DNA of 64,000 nt from Carcharhinus amblyrhynchos (lineage: Eukaryota): assembly GCA_965287045.1 (NCBI GenBank), contig OZ336884.1, positions 16,306,001 through 16,370,000 of the forward strand, read 5' to 3'. Numbering within the stretch: the stretch's first letter is position 1; every line of letters starts with the position of its first letter. The position numbers and the translations under genes are program-made. Under the pieces are notes generated by a model that was not told the origin of the DNA, made no database searches, and was given only the letters and a program-made list of their open reading frames with translations. This document shows, in pieces, positions 62,410-64,000 of the stretch.

Positions 62410-62714
62410 TGTTTCTGCATTTGAAGAGTTACTTCTGATGACAAAAATAGAACAAAACTTACTCCAACTTATAAATCAAAGCAAAGGTTTAATAAAGAAA
62501 CACGATTACTCCAAGCTTGGGGTCTCGTCATGGGCGAATCCAAGCCTCCTTCAATTCTATCCAGGTTCTTATTTATCGCGAGTCATCTGGTCAGCTGACT
62601 ACTACATCATTCTGTAATTGGTTCTATAGTTTACTCTATCAGCTGATCTTTACATCTTGTTACCATTGGTCACATTCCATCCAATACAAAGTTGTCACCG
62701 GTTACATTCTAACA
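62410..62714 (-). mobile_element. 305-bp solo LTR with 5-bp TSD CTGGG
   Basis: TGTT...AACA termini; CTGGG at 62405-62409 and 62715-62719. On the minus strand: CCAAT boxes, GATAAATAA, ATTAAA and a GT-rich U5. Confidence 0.75.
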
Positions 62715-63069
62715 CTGGGAGAAGCCTGCCCTCAGGGACCTGGGAGCTCTGGTCCTCCCAATCCCCAAGTCTACTCCCCAAAACTGAAATCACCACCACC
62801 CCGCCCCCCCATCTCTCCCAACCACTCAGGGCATCCCATCATGACCCCACACCCAAGTCCCGGGACTTGGGCTCGAGCATGGTGCTGCAGTTCTTCTTCT
62901 GGCCACTGTAGCAATGTATCTGGAGGGACTGAAAAACTGTCAGCCAATCTGGCCGTCAGCTGTCCAAGATGGGACTTCTGTCCAAGTGAGGATGGATGTC
63001 CTACCTGCTGCCAATCAGCGCTCCGCTGAGTGTGAAATTGCAGCTGGCCTGCCAGTGTTAGCTGTGACA

Positions 63070-63630
63070 TTAATATCCCGGGAGTTACCATTACCAGAAA
63101 CTGAACTGGACTAGCCATATAAATTCTGTTGCTACCAAAACAAGTCAAAGGCTTGGAACGTTGCAGTGAGTTAAACTCACCTCCTGCTTTCGCAAAGCCT
63201 GTCCACCTGTGCCTGTCTACAAGGCACAGGCCAGGAGTGTGATGGAATACTTTCCACTTGCCTGGTTGAGTGCAACTCCAACAACACTCGAAGTTTGACA
63301 TCAAACAGGACAAAGTAGCACGCTTGATTGCTACCCATTCTGCAAACATTCAATCCCTCCATCTCTAATGAAGAGTGCCAGCCTGGTGTGCCATCTAGAA
63401 GATGCACTGCAGGAATTCACAAAGGTTTTTTAGGCAGCTCCTTTCAAAACCACTGTTCTTTCGTTGTCACTAGGTCAAAATCCTGGAACTCCTTTCCCAA
63501 CAGCACTGGGTGTATCTAGACTTCCAGAGACTGCTGTATTTCAAGAACGCAGCTTGTCACCATCTTTATAAGGGCAACTAGGGATGCGCAATAAGTGCTG
63601 GTCCAGCCAGTGATGTCCGTATCCTGTAAA
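63070..63630 (+). mobile_element. L2-like LINE 3' fragment
   Basis: ACCAGAAACTGAACTGGAC...GGGCAACTAGGGATGCGCAATAAGTGCTGG. Confidence 0.6.
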
Positions 63631-64000
63631 TGGACAAAAAAGGATGTGTTCCCTGTTGACTCTCAGGATGACAGGTATACTTGTCACCCTGAAAATTCAG
63701 GCCAGTGCCTTTTAATAAAAATGAATCACACTTTGAACAAGGGCAAGCACCTTCTTGAAATGGGGGAGATGATAACTGGAAAAGTGAAGACAAAGTAATA
63801 GGGAAATAACTTGCTAAAAAACTATTACTGTATTTGTAGTATGTTGTGGGTTCCTTAAGTCACCAACATCAAGGACTTCCAATAAAGATGGTTTATCTGA
63901 AGCACAACAGCTATAAACAACACTTGTGCTTTGCTCACGCTCCCTGGGATAGCACCCACTATGTGATCTCATTTGTAGCCACATTATCACGTTCTCACAT

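Noticed and set aside
62771-63349. 192-aa and 170-aa ORFs near the window end
   Set aside because: They span boundaries of unrelated repeats (LTR, GC-rich repeat, L2) and have no coherent domain.

Overview
Eukaryotic (vertebrate) genomic DNA, most likely a cartilaginous fish (shark), judging from the CR1, Rex-Babar, L2 and HE1/V-SINE repeat content. Two spliced genes lie on the + strand. The first is a complete transgelin-3 gene (TAGLN3): four coding exons at 8278-17461 giving 199 aa, a likely non-coding first exon ending at 1071, and a CpG-enriched promoter. The second is the 5' part of TMPRSS7 (matriptase-3): four coding exons at 47876-61973, continuing past the window. The rest is dense with retroelements. 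Two different CR1 LINE families each have a copy with an uninterrupted APE-RT ORF2 (20133-23108 and 37247-40156), and family A has five more young truncated copies. There are also Rex-Babar, L2 and RTE fragments, about 12 tRNA-derived SINEs with three different tails, and solo LTRs. The most interesting signal: in both CR1 families ORF1 ends in an in-frame U-UUA-AAC slippery heptamer plus a stop codon, followed 5-10 nt later by quadruplex-capable G-tracts. In family B, ORF2 is exactly in the -1 frame. This suggests a G-quadruplex-stimulated programmed -1 frameshift producing an ORF1-ORF2 fusion. Gene and repeat identities come from recall of homologues, not database searches.
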